Source: Candidatus Eremiobacteria bacterium
Lineage (GTDB): Bacteria > Vulcanimicrobiota > Vulcanimicrobiia > Vulcanimicrobiales > Vulcanimicrobiaceae
DNA length: 64,000 nucleotides
Reading direction: 5' to 3'
Assembly: GCA_963758295.1 (NCBI GenBank)
Contig: CAVWUU010000004.1
Coordinates: forward strand, 1,216,001 to 1,280,000
Shown here piece after piece: positions 55,112 to 64,000 of this stretch (the first letter of the stretch is position 1; the number at the start of each line of letters is the position of its first letter). The notes beneath the pieces are model-generated. The model was given only the letters and a program-made list of their open reading frames with translations, was not told the DNA's origin and ran no database searches. The position numbers and the translations under genes were made by a program.

Positions 55112-56163
55112 CACTCTTTATCCTTACGTGATCGAGCCGAAAGAAACGGAAGCCATTTGGGGCGGCGATGCTCTCTGTAACCAAATTCGCGAAGAAAGGC
55201 GATCCCCAGCAAAAGATCGGCGAATCGTGGGAATGCTGGGACACTAACGCCGTTTTGAACGGTTCCCTAGCCGGCAAGACGATTGCGGGATTGCGTCAAG
55301 AATTAGGCTCCGCATTTCTGGGCGACATCGATCCGTCGCGGCCCTTTCCGGTCCTAACGAAGATTATCGATGCTCGCGATTGGCTTTCAGTGCAAGTCCA
55401 TCCCGACGACAGCTACGCGCAACGCGTGGAGCATGAGCCCAACGGGAAGACGGAGTGCTGGTACGTTTTCTCCGCGCAAGAGGGCGCGGAACTGGTCCTT
55501 GGCTGGACCCGCGATACGTCGCGTGAAGAATACGAACGACGCGTCGCCGACGGCACGCTAGGCGACATCTTGCGGCGCGTTCCGGTAAACGCCGGCGATG
55601 CGTTTTACTTACCGGCGGGAACGCTGCACGCGATCGGGTCCGGAATCATCCTGTTCGAAACCCAACAGGCGAGCGACCTTACCTATCGCATTTTCGATTG
55701 GAATCGCACCGGCGCCGACGGAAAGCCCCGCGAGCTTCACGTGCGCAAGGCGGCGGACGTTCTCGATTACGGACGAGGAACCGCGGGAGCCGTCGAAACG
55801 CTCTCCTATTCTTTCGAGGGGCTGGAGCGAACGGCCATCATCGCCGATTCGCGCTTCATCGTCGAGCGGATCTTTGCCGGAACCGAACCCGCTTCATTCC
55901 CTACGCACAACCGTCCGCAAATCATCATGGCGCTCGAGCATCCGCTAAGCGTTTCCGCGGGCGACGTCGAAGTGAAACTGAACGCGTATCAAACGGCGCT
56001 CGTTCCGGCCGCGGTTGAGTGGACTACCGTTTCAGCGCCCGGCGGCAAAGCCGGGTTCATGTTCGTAACGCCGCCGGAGAACCGGCAGGCTTTCGCGGTT
56101 CAACTGCTAGCCGCCGGGCTCGAGCAAGAACGTATCGACCGGTTCATGGAACAATTTCAATGA
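55104..56163 (+). pseudogene. manA: Type I mannose-6-phosphate isomerase with +1 frameshift near 55176
   Basis: MSDTLYPYVIEP...IWGGDAL from ATG 55104, then in the shifted frame IGESWE, LSVQVHPDD, GKTECW, GTLHAIG, ETQQASDLTYRIFDW. Confidence 0.85.
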
Positions 56164-56185
56164 CGTCCACGCGCAGACGAAGCGA

Positions 56186-56731
56186 CTAGCCTAAATACCG
56201 CCGGACGATCTCCCGCAGCTCGTCTCCGGTCGTTAAAGCGTCGCGGGAATCCAGCGGACGCCCATCAGGTGAGAGCCGCGCGATATCCCAGCGTTCGCCG
56301 TGACGTTCCCCGAAGTAGCCGTCTTCTGCGGCGGCCTCTGCATGGGTGAGCACGCTCGATCGGTCGAGCGGAATTCGATAAAAGCGCACGAGTTCGGCCG
56401 CCACGCGGCATAAGCCCTCGTAAAGAGGCCGAGTGATGGGATAAAGCCCAAAATCCGAGGGCGTCGCATCGTGCATTCCCATCAGCGCGATGCCCGCAGC
56501 GTAGGAGTTGCGTCCTTGGGTGTGCGCCGCGTACTCGCCCCCGGCCCGAACGTCTCGCATGTTCGCGCGCAGATCGTTGGTCTGCGAGACCAAAACTTGC
56601 CCCCGGCTCTGGGAGACGCAGAAATGGTAGGCGGGGAACACCGTCTCGTAGTCGCCGCCGGACCAGTGAAAGTACACGCGGTCGATGCGCCCATCGGGGA
56701 ACTTCGGTTGCCACTCGGAGATGCTTATCAC
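56186..56731 (-). CDS. N-acetylmuramoyl-L-alanine amidase-like (Amidase_2-type) protein
   Basis: VYFHWSGG, AYHF, AHTQGRNS..GI, VLTHAE; start estimated at GTG 56731. Confidence 0.75.
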   Translation of the reverse strand: MISISEWQPKFPDGRIDRVYFHWSGGDYETVFPAYHFCVSQSRGQVLVSQTNDLRANMRDVRAGGEYAAHTQGRNSYAAGIALMGMHDATPSDFGLYPITRPLYEGLCRVAAELVRFYRIPLDRSSVLTHAEAAAEDGYFGERHGERWDIARLSPDGRPLDSRDALTTGDELREIVRRYLG

Positions 56732-56774
56732 GGCGACGCTAGTTTTATGCCGCCGATGGCGAATCTTCCCGGCA

Positions 56775-58145
56775 ATGCTGCTTCTGGCTGCTACACTCGG
56801 CATGAGCGCCGCATTGGCGGCCCCCACGCTCAACGGCGCGCACGTTTCGGCTTTGGTCGTAAACGCCCGCACCGGCGCCGTTGCTTTCGAGCGAAACTCC
56901 AACGATGCGTTTCAGCCTGCTTCGACGCTGAAGCTGCTCGTGGGTTCCGTGGCGCTGCAGCTCCTCGGTCCCGACTCAACGCTGCAGACCGAAGCCTTGA
57001 CCGACGGAAGCATCCAACACGGAACGCTGTACGGGAATCTCTACGTTCGAGGCGGAGGCGATCCGGCGATCGATGCGGCCGCGTTTGAAGACGCAGCGCG
57101 AACGCTCGCCGCGCAGCATCTGAATCGCCTTTCCGGTTCGATCGTGATAGATAACAGCGCCTTCACGGCATCTCCCTATCCCGACGGCTGGACGGTGGAC
57201 GATTTACCGAACGATTACGCCGCCCCAATTACGGCGCTGGCCTTCAACGAAAATGCCGTGGCGTTGCGTCTTACGCCATCGGCTTCGAATGCGCCGGCTC
57301 TTATCGCAATGTCGCCCCAAGACGGAACGCTTACGATCGACAATCGCACAATAACCGGTTCCCGCACCGCCGAAGATTCTACGCAGCTCGAATGGCCTTC
57401 CAACGCGCCCGGCGTCATTCGCGTCACGGGAACGGTTCCGGCGAATGTGAACGATCCTCTCGAGCTAGATGCTGCGGTTCCGGATCCCGTAGCCTTCGCG
57501 GGATCTCAGTTCGAACGCGCGCTCGCAACGGAGAAAATCGCGATAGACAGGGTAGCTGTTCGCGAAGGCACGACCCCGCCATCGGCGCGCGTCTTGTGGC
57601 AGCATCGCTCGCCCGCGATGCGCGATTTAATCGCTAAAATGTGGCTTCCGAGCGATGACTTCTTTGCCGAATCGCTCCTGGAAGATTTAGCCCAAGCGCC
57701 GGCAACGGCGGACACACGCGCCGCCGGGATCGCTCGGGAAATGCAATGGCTCCAAACCCTCGGCGTCGCACCGGCTGCTGCGGCGATTGCCGACGGTTCC
57801 GGCGTTTCGCAATACGATCGCCTGTCGGCAGCCACGCTGGTTAGCGTGCTGCGCGCAGATTGGAGGTCATCGAATCGCGAGGCGATAGTTGCGGCGCTGC
57901 CGGTCGCAGGCCAAAGCGGAACGCTCGAGCGCTCCTTCAAAAATTCGGCGCTCGACGGAATCGTTCACGCGAAGACGGGCTCGATGATGCACGTTCGTAC
58001 GCTAGCCGGATACGTATTGCGGCCTAACGCCGATCCGTTAATCTTTGCCTTGCTGGTAAACGATTGGATGGACTCGTCGGCGGGCGCTTCTTCGGCGATC
58101 CGGCTGGTTCAAGAACGATTCCTCGAAGCGGCGCTTCAGCCGTGA
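56775..58145 (+). CDS. dacB: D-Ala-D-Ala carboxypeptidase/endopeptidase (PBP4, S13)
   Basis: PASTLK, GGGDP, SDDFFAE, DGSGVS, LPVAG..GTL, AKTG; start uncertain (56721-56775). Confidence 0.92.
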   Translation: MLLLAATLGMSAALAAPTLNGAHVSALVVNARTGAVAFERNSNDAFQPASTLKLLVGSVALQLLGPDSTLQTEALTDGSIQHGTLYGNLYVRGGGDPAIDAAAFEDAARTLAAQHLNRLSGSIVIDNSAFTASPYPDGWTVDDLPNDYAAPITALAFNENAVALRLTPSASNAPALIAMSPQDGTLTIDNRTITGSRTAEDSTQLEWPSNAPGVIRVTGTVPANVNDPLELDAAVPDPVAFAGSQFERALATEKIAIDRVAVREGTTPPSARVLWQHRSPAMRDLIAKMWLPSDDFFAESLLEDLAQAPATADTRAAGIAREMQWLQTLGVAPAAAAIADGSGVSQYDRLSAATLVSVLRADWRSSNREAIVAALPVAGQSGTLERSFKNSALDGIVHAKTGSMMHVRTLAGYVLRPNADPLIFALLVNDWMDSSAGASSAIRLVQERFLEAALQP

Positions 58146-58186
58146 ACCACAAATCCAAAACAGTGCGGCCGGCGTTCTCTCTACGT

Positions 58187-58657
58187 ATGAATCGAGCAAG
58201 ATTTTTCGCCGCATCGGCCGCGGTGACTGCCGGCGCTATGTTGCCCGCTATCGCCTCTGCATCCGAATTTGCCGTTCAGCACTCCGAGGCGCAATGGCGT
58301 AAGATCCTGGGCGACGATCGTTTTGAAATACTCCGGCGCGACGGCACGGAACCGGCATTTTCCAGCCCATTGCTCGGCGAAAAGCGTAGCGGGACCTACC
58401 ATTGCGCCGGCTGCAATCAAGCCCTCTTCTCTTCGTCCACGAAATACGACAGTGGTGACGGATGGCCGTCGTTTTGGACCGTTCTTCCGCACGTTACGGA
58501 AACTCGGTCGGACTACGCGCTTCTGGGTGAGCCTCGAACGGAAGTGCATTGTTCGCGATGTGGGAGTCATCTGGGCCACATTTTCGATGACGGCCCGGCG
58601 CCCACACACCTTCGTTACTGCATAGACGGGCTGGCGCTTCGCTTCGTCCCCCGATAG
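58187..58657 (+). CDS. msrB: Peptide-methionine (R)-S-oxide reductase with Tat-like signal
   Basis: GTEPAF, CAGC, KYDSGDGWPSF, CSRCGSHLGHIFDDGP, RYCIDG. Confidence 0.95.
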   Translation: MNRARFFAASAAVTAGAMLPAIASASEFAVQHSEAQWRKILGDDRFEILRRDGTEPAFSSPLLGEKRSGTYHCAGCNQALFSSSTKYDSGDGWPSFWTVLPHVTETRSDYALLGEPRTEVHCSRCGSHLGHIFDDGPAPTHLRYCIDGLALRFVPR

Positions 58658-58675
58658 GCGGGGTATCTGCCGTGT

Positions 58676-59677
58676 ATGGCGGCGCTCCCTGATTTCATCC
58701 AAATCGAACCCGTTGGGCAATGTAACCTGCGCTGTCAAATGTGCCCGATTCAATTTCGTCGCGACGGGCCGCCATTCGGCCCGCCCGCATTCATGAAGTT
58801 CGAGCTCTTCGCCCGCCTCATCGACCAGTTTCCAAATCTCCGCGAGCTCCAATTGCAAGGGCTCGGGGAGCCGTTGATGCACCCGCAATTTTTCGACATG
58901 GTTCACTATGCGTCGTCGCGAGGCATCACGGTCTCCGTGAACACAAACCTTACGTTGCTTACGCCCAAGACCGCAGCGCGGTGCGTTACCAGCGGCCTCA
59001 AACGCCTTCATGCTTCTTTGGACGGTGCGACGGCGGCGACGTACGAACGCATTCGCGTGCAGGCGAATTATGACAAAGCCGTGCGCAACTTAGAGCGGGT
59101 TGTCGTTGCAAGAAAGGCTCTTGGCGCCACAACGCCGTCCATCGAACTCGTCGCCGTCGCCATGCGCCAAAATTTAGACGAGCTTCCTACGCTCGTGGAG
59201 CTCGCGAGCGACCTAGGCGTCGATGCGATGAGCGTGCAGCATCTGTGTCACTCGTTTGGTGAATCGACGTTGCCCGAGCAGTACCGTCCAATGCGCGATT
59301 TCGTGGAAGAACAGACGCTGCTCCATGTCGACCGCGAGCGAATCGCGGAGGTTTTCACACGCGCCGCCGCCATCGCACGGAACCGTGCGCTTCCGCTGCG
59401 CCTGCCGCGCGTCGAGGCGCGCGCGCATAAAGCCGCAACGCCCGGACGGCTGCGTTGCGACTGGCCGTGGACGGGTGCGTATTTCAGCTACGACGGCTGG
59501 AGCATGCCGTGTTGCATGGTTTCCACGCCGGACCGGATCAATTTCGGCAGCACCGCCGAACGCAGCGTTCACGAGATCTGGAACGGGGCACCGTACGAAG
59601 CCTTCCGCAAACGCCTAGCGTCGCCGGAGCCGCCGGAAGTCTGCCGCTCTTGCTCCCTTTATGCGGGAACGTTTTGA
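58676..59677 (+). CDS. Radical SAM protein with SPASM/twitch domain
   Basis: CNLRCQMC, GLGEPL, SLDG; CDWPW...PCC...CRSC. Confidence 0.92.
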   Translation: MAALPDFIQIEPVGQCNLRCQMCPIQFRRDGPPFGPPAFMKFELFARLIDQFPNLRELQLQGLGEPLMHPQFFDMVHYASSRGITVSVNTNLTLLTPKTAARCVTSGLKRLHASLDGATAATYERIRVQANYDKAVRNLERVVVARKALGATTPSIELVAVAMRQNLDELPTLVELASDLGVDAMSVQHLCHSFGESTLPEQYRPMRDFVEEQTLLHVDRERIAEVFTRAAAIARNRALPLRLPRVEARAHKAATPGRLRCDWPWTGAYFSYDGWSMPCCMVSTPDRINFGSTAERSVHEIWNGAPYEAFRKRLASPEPPEVCRSCSLYAGTF

Positions 59678-60912
59678 GCCGTTAACGCTTCCAACACCAC
59701 GTCGACTTCCGAGCCCGTGTTATAGTGCGCGAGCCCGATTCGCACGACGCCGGCGCTTTCTTCCAGACCCAAGGCGCGGACGATTTCGAGCGCGTAATTA
59801 TTGCCGGACCATACGAAAATATTGCGCCCGGCAAGGTCGCGAGCAATTTCATCGGTAGTTCTCGTCGCATGCGTGAATGAGACGGTCGGAACGCGCGATC
59901 CATAGCGCGATTGGTCGGTGATGCCGTAAATCGTCACTTCCGGAATCTGCTGCAGTCCCGCGATCAGCCGCGCGACGAGCTGCCGTTCGTAAACCGACGC
60001 AGCGGAGAATGCTGCGCAGATGCGCTCTCGTTCGCTCCCCGTTGCGCCGCACAGCGTTCCAAGCCAGGCGAGGTACTCAACCGTCGCTCCGAGCGCCGCT
60101 TGCAGTTCGATTTGCGGCGTGCCGGTTTCATACCGCCACGGCAGCTCATCGGTTGCCGGGCGAACTTTGTAGGCGATCAGCTCGTCAAGCAGCCCCTCCC
60201 GTCCGTACACGATGCCAAGATGCGGCCCGAAGAACTTGTACGACGAGCATGCTAGGAAGTCGCATCCCAGCGCCTGGACGTCGATGAAGTCGTGCGGCGC
60301 AAGTTGCACGGCGTCGACATAGCAAAGGGCGCCGGCGGCGTGAACCTTCGAAACGAGCGCGCGCACGTCGTTGATGGATCCCGTCAGGTTGCTCGCGTAA
60401 TTCAGGGCGACGAGCTTCGTTCGCTCGCTCAGCACGGCGTCTAATGCTGCAGGCTCGATCGTCCACGAATCGCCATCGAAGTCGAGCCACCGAATCGTCG
60501 CGCCGCGTTCTTCGGCCATCATCAGCCACGGGGCGATATTCCCGTCGTGATCCATCCGTGTGACGACGATTTCGTCGCCCGGTCCGATCCTGCGCCCAAT
60601 GCTCCGCGAGAGATGAAACGTCAGGTTCGTCATGCTTTGCGCGACGACGATTTCCCGTTCCGAAGCGGCGCCGAGCATCGTTGCCATCGCTTTATGCGCG
60701 CGCAGCACGCGTTCTTCGGCGAGCTCGCTGGTGCGAAAGTATCCGCCCAGATTCGCGTTGGTTTCCAGCAAGCAGCGGGCGGCTGCGTCGGCCACCCGCT
60801 GCGGCACCTGGGTGCCAGCCGGGTTATCTAGATACACGCGAGCTTGTCCGGCGTCGCGAAGCGCGAGCGCGGGAAACTGCGCGCGCACCGCGTCGATAGG
60901 GAATGCCGTCAT
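59659..60912 (-). CDS. Cysteine desulfurase-like class V PLP enzyme (VC1184-type)
   Basis: VRAQFPAL, YLDNPAGTQVP, DHDGNIAPW, SSYKFFGPH; WSGNNYA replaces the catalytic Cys loop. Confidence 0.9.
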   Translation of the reverse strand: MTAFPIDAVRAQFPALALRDAGQARVYLDNPAGTQVPQRVADAAARCLLETNANLGGYFRTSELAEERVLRAHKAMATMLGAASEREIVVAQSMTNLTFHLSRSIGRRIGPGDEIVVTRMDHDGNIAPWLMMAEERGATIRWLDFDGDSWTIEPAALDAVLSERTKLVALNYASNLTGSINDVRALVSKVHAAGALCYVDAVQLAPHDFIDVQALGCDFLACSSYKFFGPHLGIVYGREGLLDELIAYKVRPATDELPWRYETGTPQIELQAALGATVEYLAWLGTLCGATGSERERICAAFSAASVYERQLVARLIAGLQQIPEVTIYGITDQSRYGSRVPTVSFTHATRTTDEIARDLAGRNIFVWSGNNYALEIVRALGLEESAGVVRIGLAHYNTGSEVDVVLEALTAQNVPA

Positions 60913-60997
60913 GGGCCGTGGGTTAAGCCAAGGCACAAGCCGTTCCTATTTCTGAATCGAGCAACCGTTCGCACGTTGAACTGCGAGGCGACAATCG

Positions 60998-61006
60998 TGC
61001 TATAAC
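60998..61006 (+). promoter_or_regulatory. Extended -10 promoter element for gdhA
   Basis: TGcTATAAC, 40 bp upstream of ATG 61047 (GGAGGT RBS). Confidence 0.6.
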
Positions 61007-61046
61007 AAAGTGACTCGCGTTTTCTTGAACAATGCGGAGGTGCCGC

Positions 61047-62318
61047 ATGGCGGCGGACACTGCGATAGCTCAAAGCACGGTCAACGTCTGGGAAATGGCG
61101 CAACAACAACTCGACGACGTTGCGCGTCTAATCGGGCTCAACGAATCGATCCATGGGTACCTTCGGGAACCCAAGCGCGTCTTGGAAGTCTCGGTCCCGG
61201 TTCGCATGGATAAGGGGCAATTTCAAATGTTCCGGGGCTATCGCGTGCAACACAACATGGCGCGCGGCCCCTCAAAAGGCGGCATCCGCTTCCATCCCGA
61301 CGTCTCGCTGGATGAGGTGAAGGCGCTCGCAATGTGGATGACCTGGAAATGCGCGCTCGTGAACATTCCGTTCGGCGGCGCCAAAGGCGGGGTCATCTGC
61401 GATCCCAAGAACATGTCGATGCAGGAACTGGAAAATCTCACGCGCCGGTTCACAAGCGAAATCTCCATCATCATCGGCCCCGATAAAGACATACCGGCTC
61501 CCGACGTCTATACCACGCCGCAGATCATGGCCTGGATCATGGACACCTACTCGATGCAGTGCGGATACTCGGTTCCGGGCGTCGTTACCGGGAAACCGGT
61601 CGCTATCGGCGGTTCGCTGGGCCGGGATAAGGCGACGGCGCGCGGCTGCGCGTACGTCGTCGATGAAGCGATGAAGGCGCTTGATATTCCGATCCAGGAT
61701 GCGCGAGTGGCCATCCAAGGCTTCGGAAATGCCGGGATGCACGCCGCCGAGTTGATGCAACAGCGCGGGTATCGCGTCGTAGCGGCATCCGACTCGCAGG
61801 GCGGCGTCGCGAATCCCGATGGCCTGGACGTAAACGCGCTTATAGCGCATAAGAGCGAAACGGGATCGGTCGCGGGGTTCTCCGGCGGCGATCGCATCAG
61901 CAATGCGGAACTGCTCGAGTACGATTGCGACGTTCTCGTGCCGGCGGCGCTCGAAAAAGTCATCACGCCCGAGAACGCGCCGAAGATTCGCGCGATGGTC
62001 ATAGCCGAAGCGGCGAACGGTCCAACGTTGCCGGCCGCCGACCGGATTCTGTTCGAACGCGGGATCATGGTGCTCCCCGACATCCTCGCCAACGCGGGCG
62101 GCGTGACCGTGTCGTATTTCGAGTGGGTGCAAGACCTTCAAGAGAATTTCTGGGAAGAAGACGAGATCAACGACCGGCTCAAACGAAAAATGACCCGCGC
62201 GTTCACCGAGACCTACGAACAATCGCAGCGGCTCGGGATAGACATGCGGCGCGGTGCCTATGTTGTGGCCGTCAGCCGTGTAGCGGAAGCGACGAAGCTG
62301 CGCGGCTTGTATCCGTAG
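61047..62318 (+). CDS. gdhA: Glu/Leu/Phe/Val dehydrogenase (glutamate dehydrogenase)
   Basis: GPSKGGIRFHP, MTWK, GGAKGG, DIPAPD, VTGKP, QGFGNAG, EAANGP, NAGGVTVSYFEW. Confidence 0.93.
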   Translation: MAADTAIAQSTVNVWEMAQQQLDDVARLIGLNESIHGYLREPKRVLEVSVPVRMDKGQFQMFRGYRVQHNMARGPSKGGIRFHPDVSLDEVKALAMWMTWKCALVNIPFGGAKGGVICDPKNMSMQELENLTRRFTSEISIIIGPDKDIPAPDVYTTPQIMAWIMDTYSMQCGYSVPGVVTGKPVAIGGSLGRDKATARGCAYVVDEAMKALDIPIQDARVAIQGFGNAGMHAAELMQQRGYRVVAASDSQGGVANPDGLDVNALIAHKSETGSVAGFSGGDRISNAELLEYDCDVLVPAALEKVITPENAPKIRAMVIAEAANGPTLPAADRILFERGIMVLPDILANAGGVTVSYFEWVQDLQENFWEEDEINDRLKRKMTRAFTETYEQSQRLGIDMRRGAYVVAVSRVAEATKLRGLYP

Positions 62319-62445
62319 CTTCGTCGACGGAATCGTGAATGGCGCCGACACGACTCCTTGTCGCTTACAAGAGGTGGATTAAAGACGCTTCATTTGACCC
62401 AACTTTGATTGCGCGCCGGTTTGCGCATGCAGCATAGTCGAACGC

Positions 62446-63405
62446 ATGCGAATTTTTTCCCGATGGGCCTTGCTTCGAGGATCGCTTGCAATTCTCTGCG
62501 CTACCATCCTGCAGGCGCAAACCGCATCCGCCTTACCGGTTCCGGGCGTCTTTGCGGCGGGCGTAATCTCAGGGCCGGCAAACGACGGCGCGCCGGTCTT
62601 CACGCCCGACGGCAAAACGCTCTTCTTCACACGAAGCGGTACGGGGGCCGGCACCATTCTCCAATCGCATTTGGAGAATGGAACCTGGAGCCGTCCGGAA
62701 ATTGCGCCGTTCTCCGGGCGCTGGAACGATCAGCACGCCGCGATCGCCCCCGACGGTTCGTTTCTGGTCTTTACGTCGACGCGGCCCGTAGCCGGAACCG
62801 CGACGCGCGTTGCGCATCTGTGGCGCGCCGATCGCAGCGCGAGCGGTTGGGGCACGCCATACCATCTTCCGTCTGCGGTCAACATCGGGCCACGCATCTT
62901 CAAGGCCAGCATCGCGCGCAACGGCACGATTTATTTCTTGAGCATCGGCGATCGTCGCATGTTTCGCCTGTATCGCTCGAAGTTCGTGAACGGCGCTTAC
63001 CAGAAAGCCGAACCACTCTCGTTTAGCACCGATTCAACGGCCGACGTGGACCCCGAAATTGCGCCCGATGAATCGTTTCTCGTTTTCGCCAGTTCCGGCC
63101 GATCTACTAAGGACGACTCGAAAGAACACCTCTACATCGCATTCCGGCGCTCCAACGGCTGGAGTGCTCCACAGCGTCTGCGGTACCAGGGCGACGACGA
63201 TAACGGCTCGAGCAACGACAACGAGCCGGATCTCGCGCCCGACGGCGTCACCCTTTACTTCAGCAGCGATCGCACGCTGGCGCTACACTTTCCGCGGACG
63301 AAAAAGACGGCAGCCGAAGACCTGCAGCGGATCGAGTCCTGGGATAACGGTAACGCGAACGTATGGAAACTCTCGTTGGAGGGGCAGCTTGAAAGCCGCC
63401 CCTGA
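62446..63405 (+). CDS. Secreted TolB/PD40 beta-propeller protein
   Basis: Signal peptide; repeats FTPDGKTLFFT, IAPDGSFLVFT, IAPDESFLVF, LAPDGVTLYFSS. Confidence 0.88.
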   Translation: MRIFSRWALLRGSLAILCATILQAQTASALPVPGVFAAGVISGPANDGAPVFTPDGKTLFFTRSGTGAGTILQSHLENGTWSRPEIAPFSGRWNDQHAAIAPDGSFLVFTSTRPVAGTATRVAHLWRADRSASGWGTPYHLPSAVNIGPRIFKASIARNGTIYFLSIGDRRMFRLYRSKFVNGAYQKAEPLSFSTDSTADVDPEIAPDESFLVFASSGRSTKDDSKEHLYIAFRRSNGWSAPQRLRYQGDDDNGSSNDNEPDLAPDGVTLYFSSDRTLALHFPRTKKTAAEDLQRIESWDNGNANVWKLSLEGQLESRP

Positions 63406-63431
63406 ACCCGCGTACGAGCGCGACGGACCGT

Positions 63432-64000
63432 TTAGTGGTTGCGCGAGAGGATGTCGTTCAAAACTTTCTCCGGAACGGCATCGGGCTTCGAGAAGTTTAG
63501 CGTTGCGCTTACCTTCGCGCCGTACGATGAAGGGGTGTTTCGTTTGCGGACGTCGATCTGCGGCGCCATGACGGCGTATGAACGAAAATCCGGAGCGCCG
63601 AAGGCCGCGAACATCGGCACCGCCATGGAATCATACGTTGAGAGCGGGCGCATTCCGAGCAGCACTTCCATCGTGCGAAGAAGACTGACCGTGGCATAGT
63701 GCTCGTGTCTCACGCCGCCGCGCGCATAGGGCGACACGACAAACATAGTCGTCCGCTGGTCGCTCACGTGATCCGGGCCGTCCTGCGCGTCGTCTTCGAT
63801 GACAAACATTGCGGACGAACGCCAGATCTTCGAATGCGAAAGCGTATCGATCATTTGTCCGAGCGCGTAGTCGTTAAGTGCTACATAGGACGACGGCGTA
63901 AGCTTTCCGGGCTTACTTCCATAGGTGTGATCGTTCGGCAGCCAAATGAACTCCAGCTGAGGCACGGCGTTGCGGCTCGCGAGCTGCGCGAAATCGTGCT
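63432..64000 (-). CDS. Phosphoesterase/alkaline-phosphatase-superfamily protein, C-terminal part (5' end outside window)
   Basis: WLPNDHT, NDYALG, EDDAQDGPDHV, VSPYA, SLLRTMEVLLG. Confidence 0.85.
   Translation of the reverse strand, partial: HDFAQLASRNAVPQLEFIWLPNDHTYGSKPGKLTPSSYVALNDYALGQMIDTLSHSKIWRSSAMFVIEDDAQDGPDHVSDQRTTMFVVSPYARGGVRHEHYATVSLLRTMEVLLGMRPLSTYDSMAVPMFAAFGAPDFRSYAVMAPQIDVRKRNTPSSYGAKVSATLNFSKPDAVPEKVLNDILSRNH

Noticed and set aside
61272..62351. 359-aa antisense ORF over gdhA, and similar ones over ALDH, lhr and folK-mptA
   Set aside because: Expected stop-poor antisense frames in GC-rich genes

Overview
GC-rich (roughly 60% by eye), very gene-dense bacterial chromosomal window. 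The style of the two TonB-dependent receptors and several hypothetical proteins suggests a soil Eremiobacterota/WPS-2-like organism (inference only). About 55 CDS; no rRNA, tRNA, CRISPR array, transposase or prophage was recognised. Main content: an ATP-dependent DNA ligase and an Lhr helicase + metallophosphoesterase pair; a hybrid aromatic-CoA catabolic cluster (BoxB-like diiron epoxidase, crotonase, PaaX with a candidate operator, PaaH, thiolase, aldehyde dehydrogenase); two TonB-dependent receptors, the larger (1370 aa) downstream of an uncharacterised HTH-helical regulator with a shared TG(A/G)CA-N6-TGNCA motif; a monocistronic histone-H1-like protein; an ABC-2 operon split by three antisense genes; hemL and mrp; a Rieske oxygenase/solA/APC permease module; a folate cluster with a FolK-MptA fusion, an MBL-cupin fusion and a PabB-PabC fusion; cell-wall enzymes, msrB, a radical SAM protein and gdhA. 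Six single-base frameshifts in four genes (thiolase x3, pirin, PMI, probably alkA) may be assembly errors. Strongest candidates for undescribed biology: the regulator-giant receptor module, the BoxB/PaaX hybrid pathway, the FolK-MptA operon, and a switch-like RNA leader on the cyclophilin gene.
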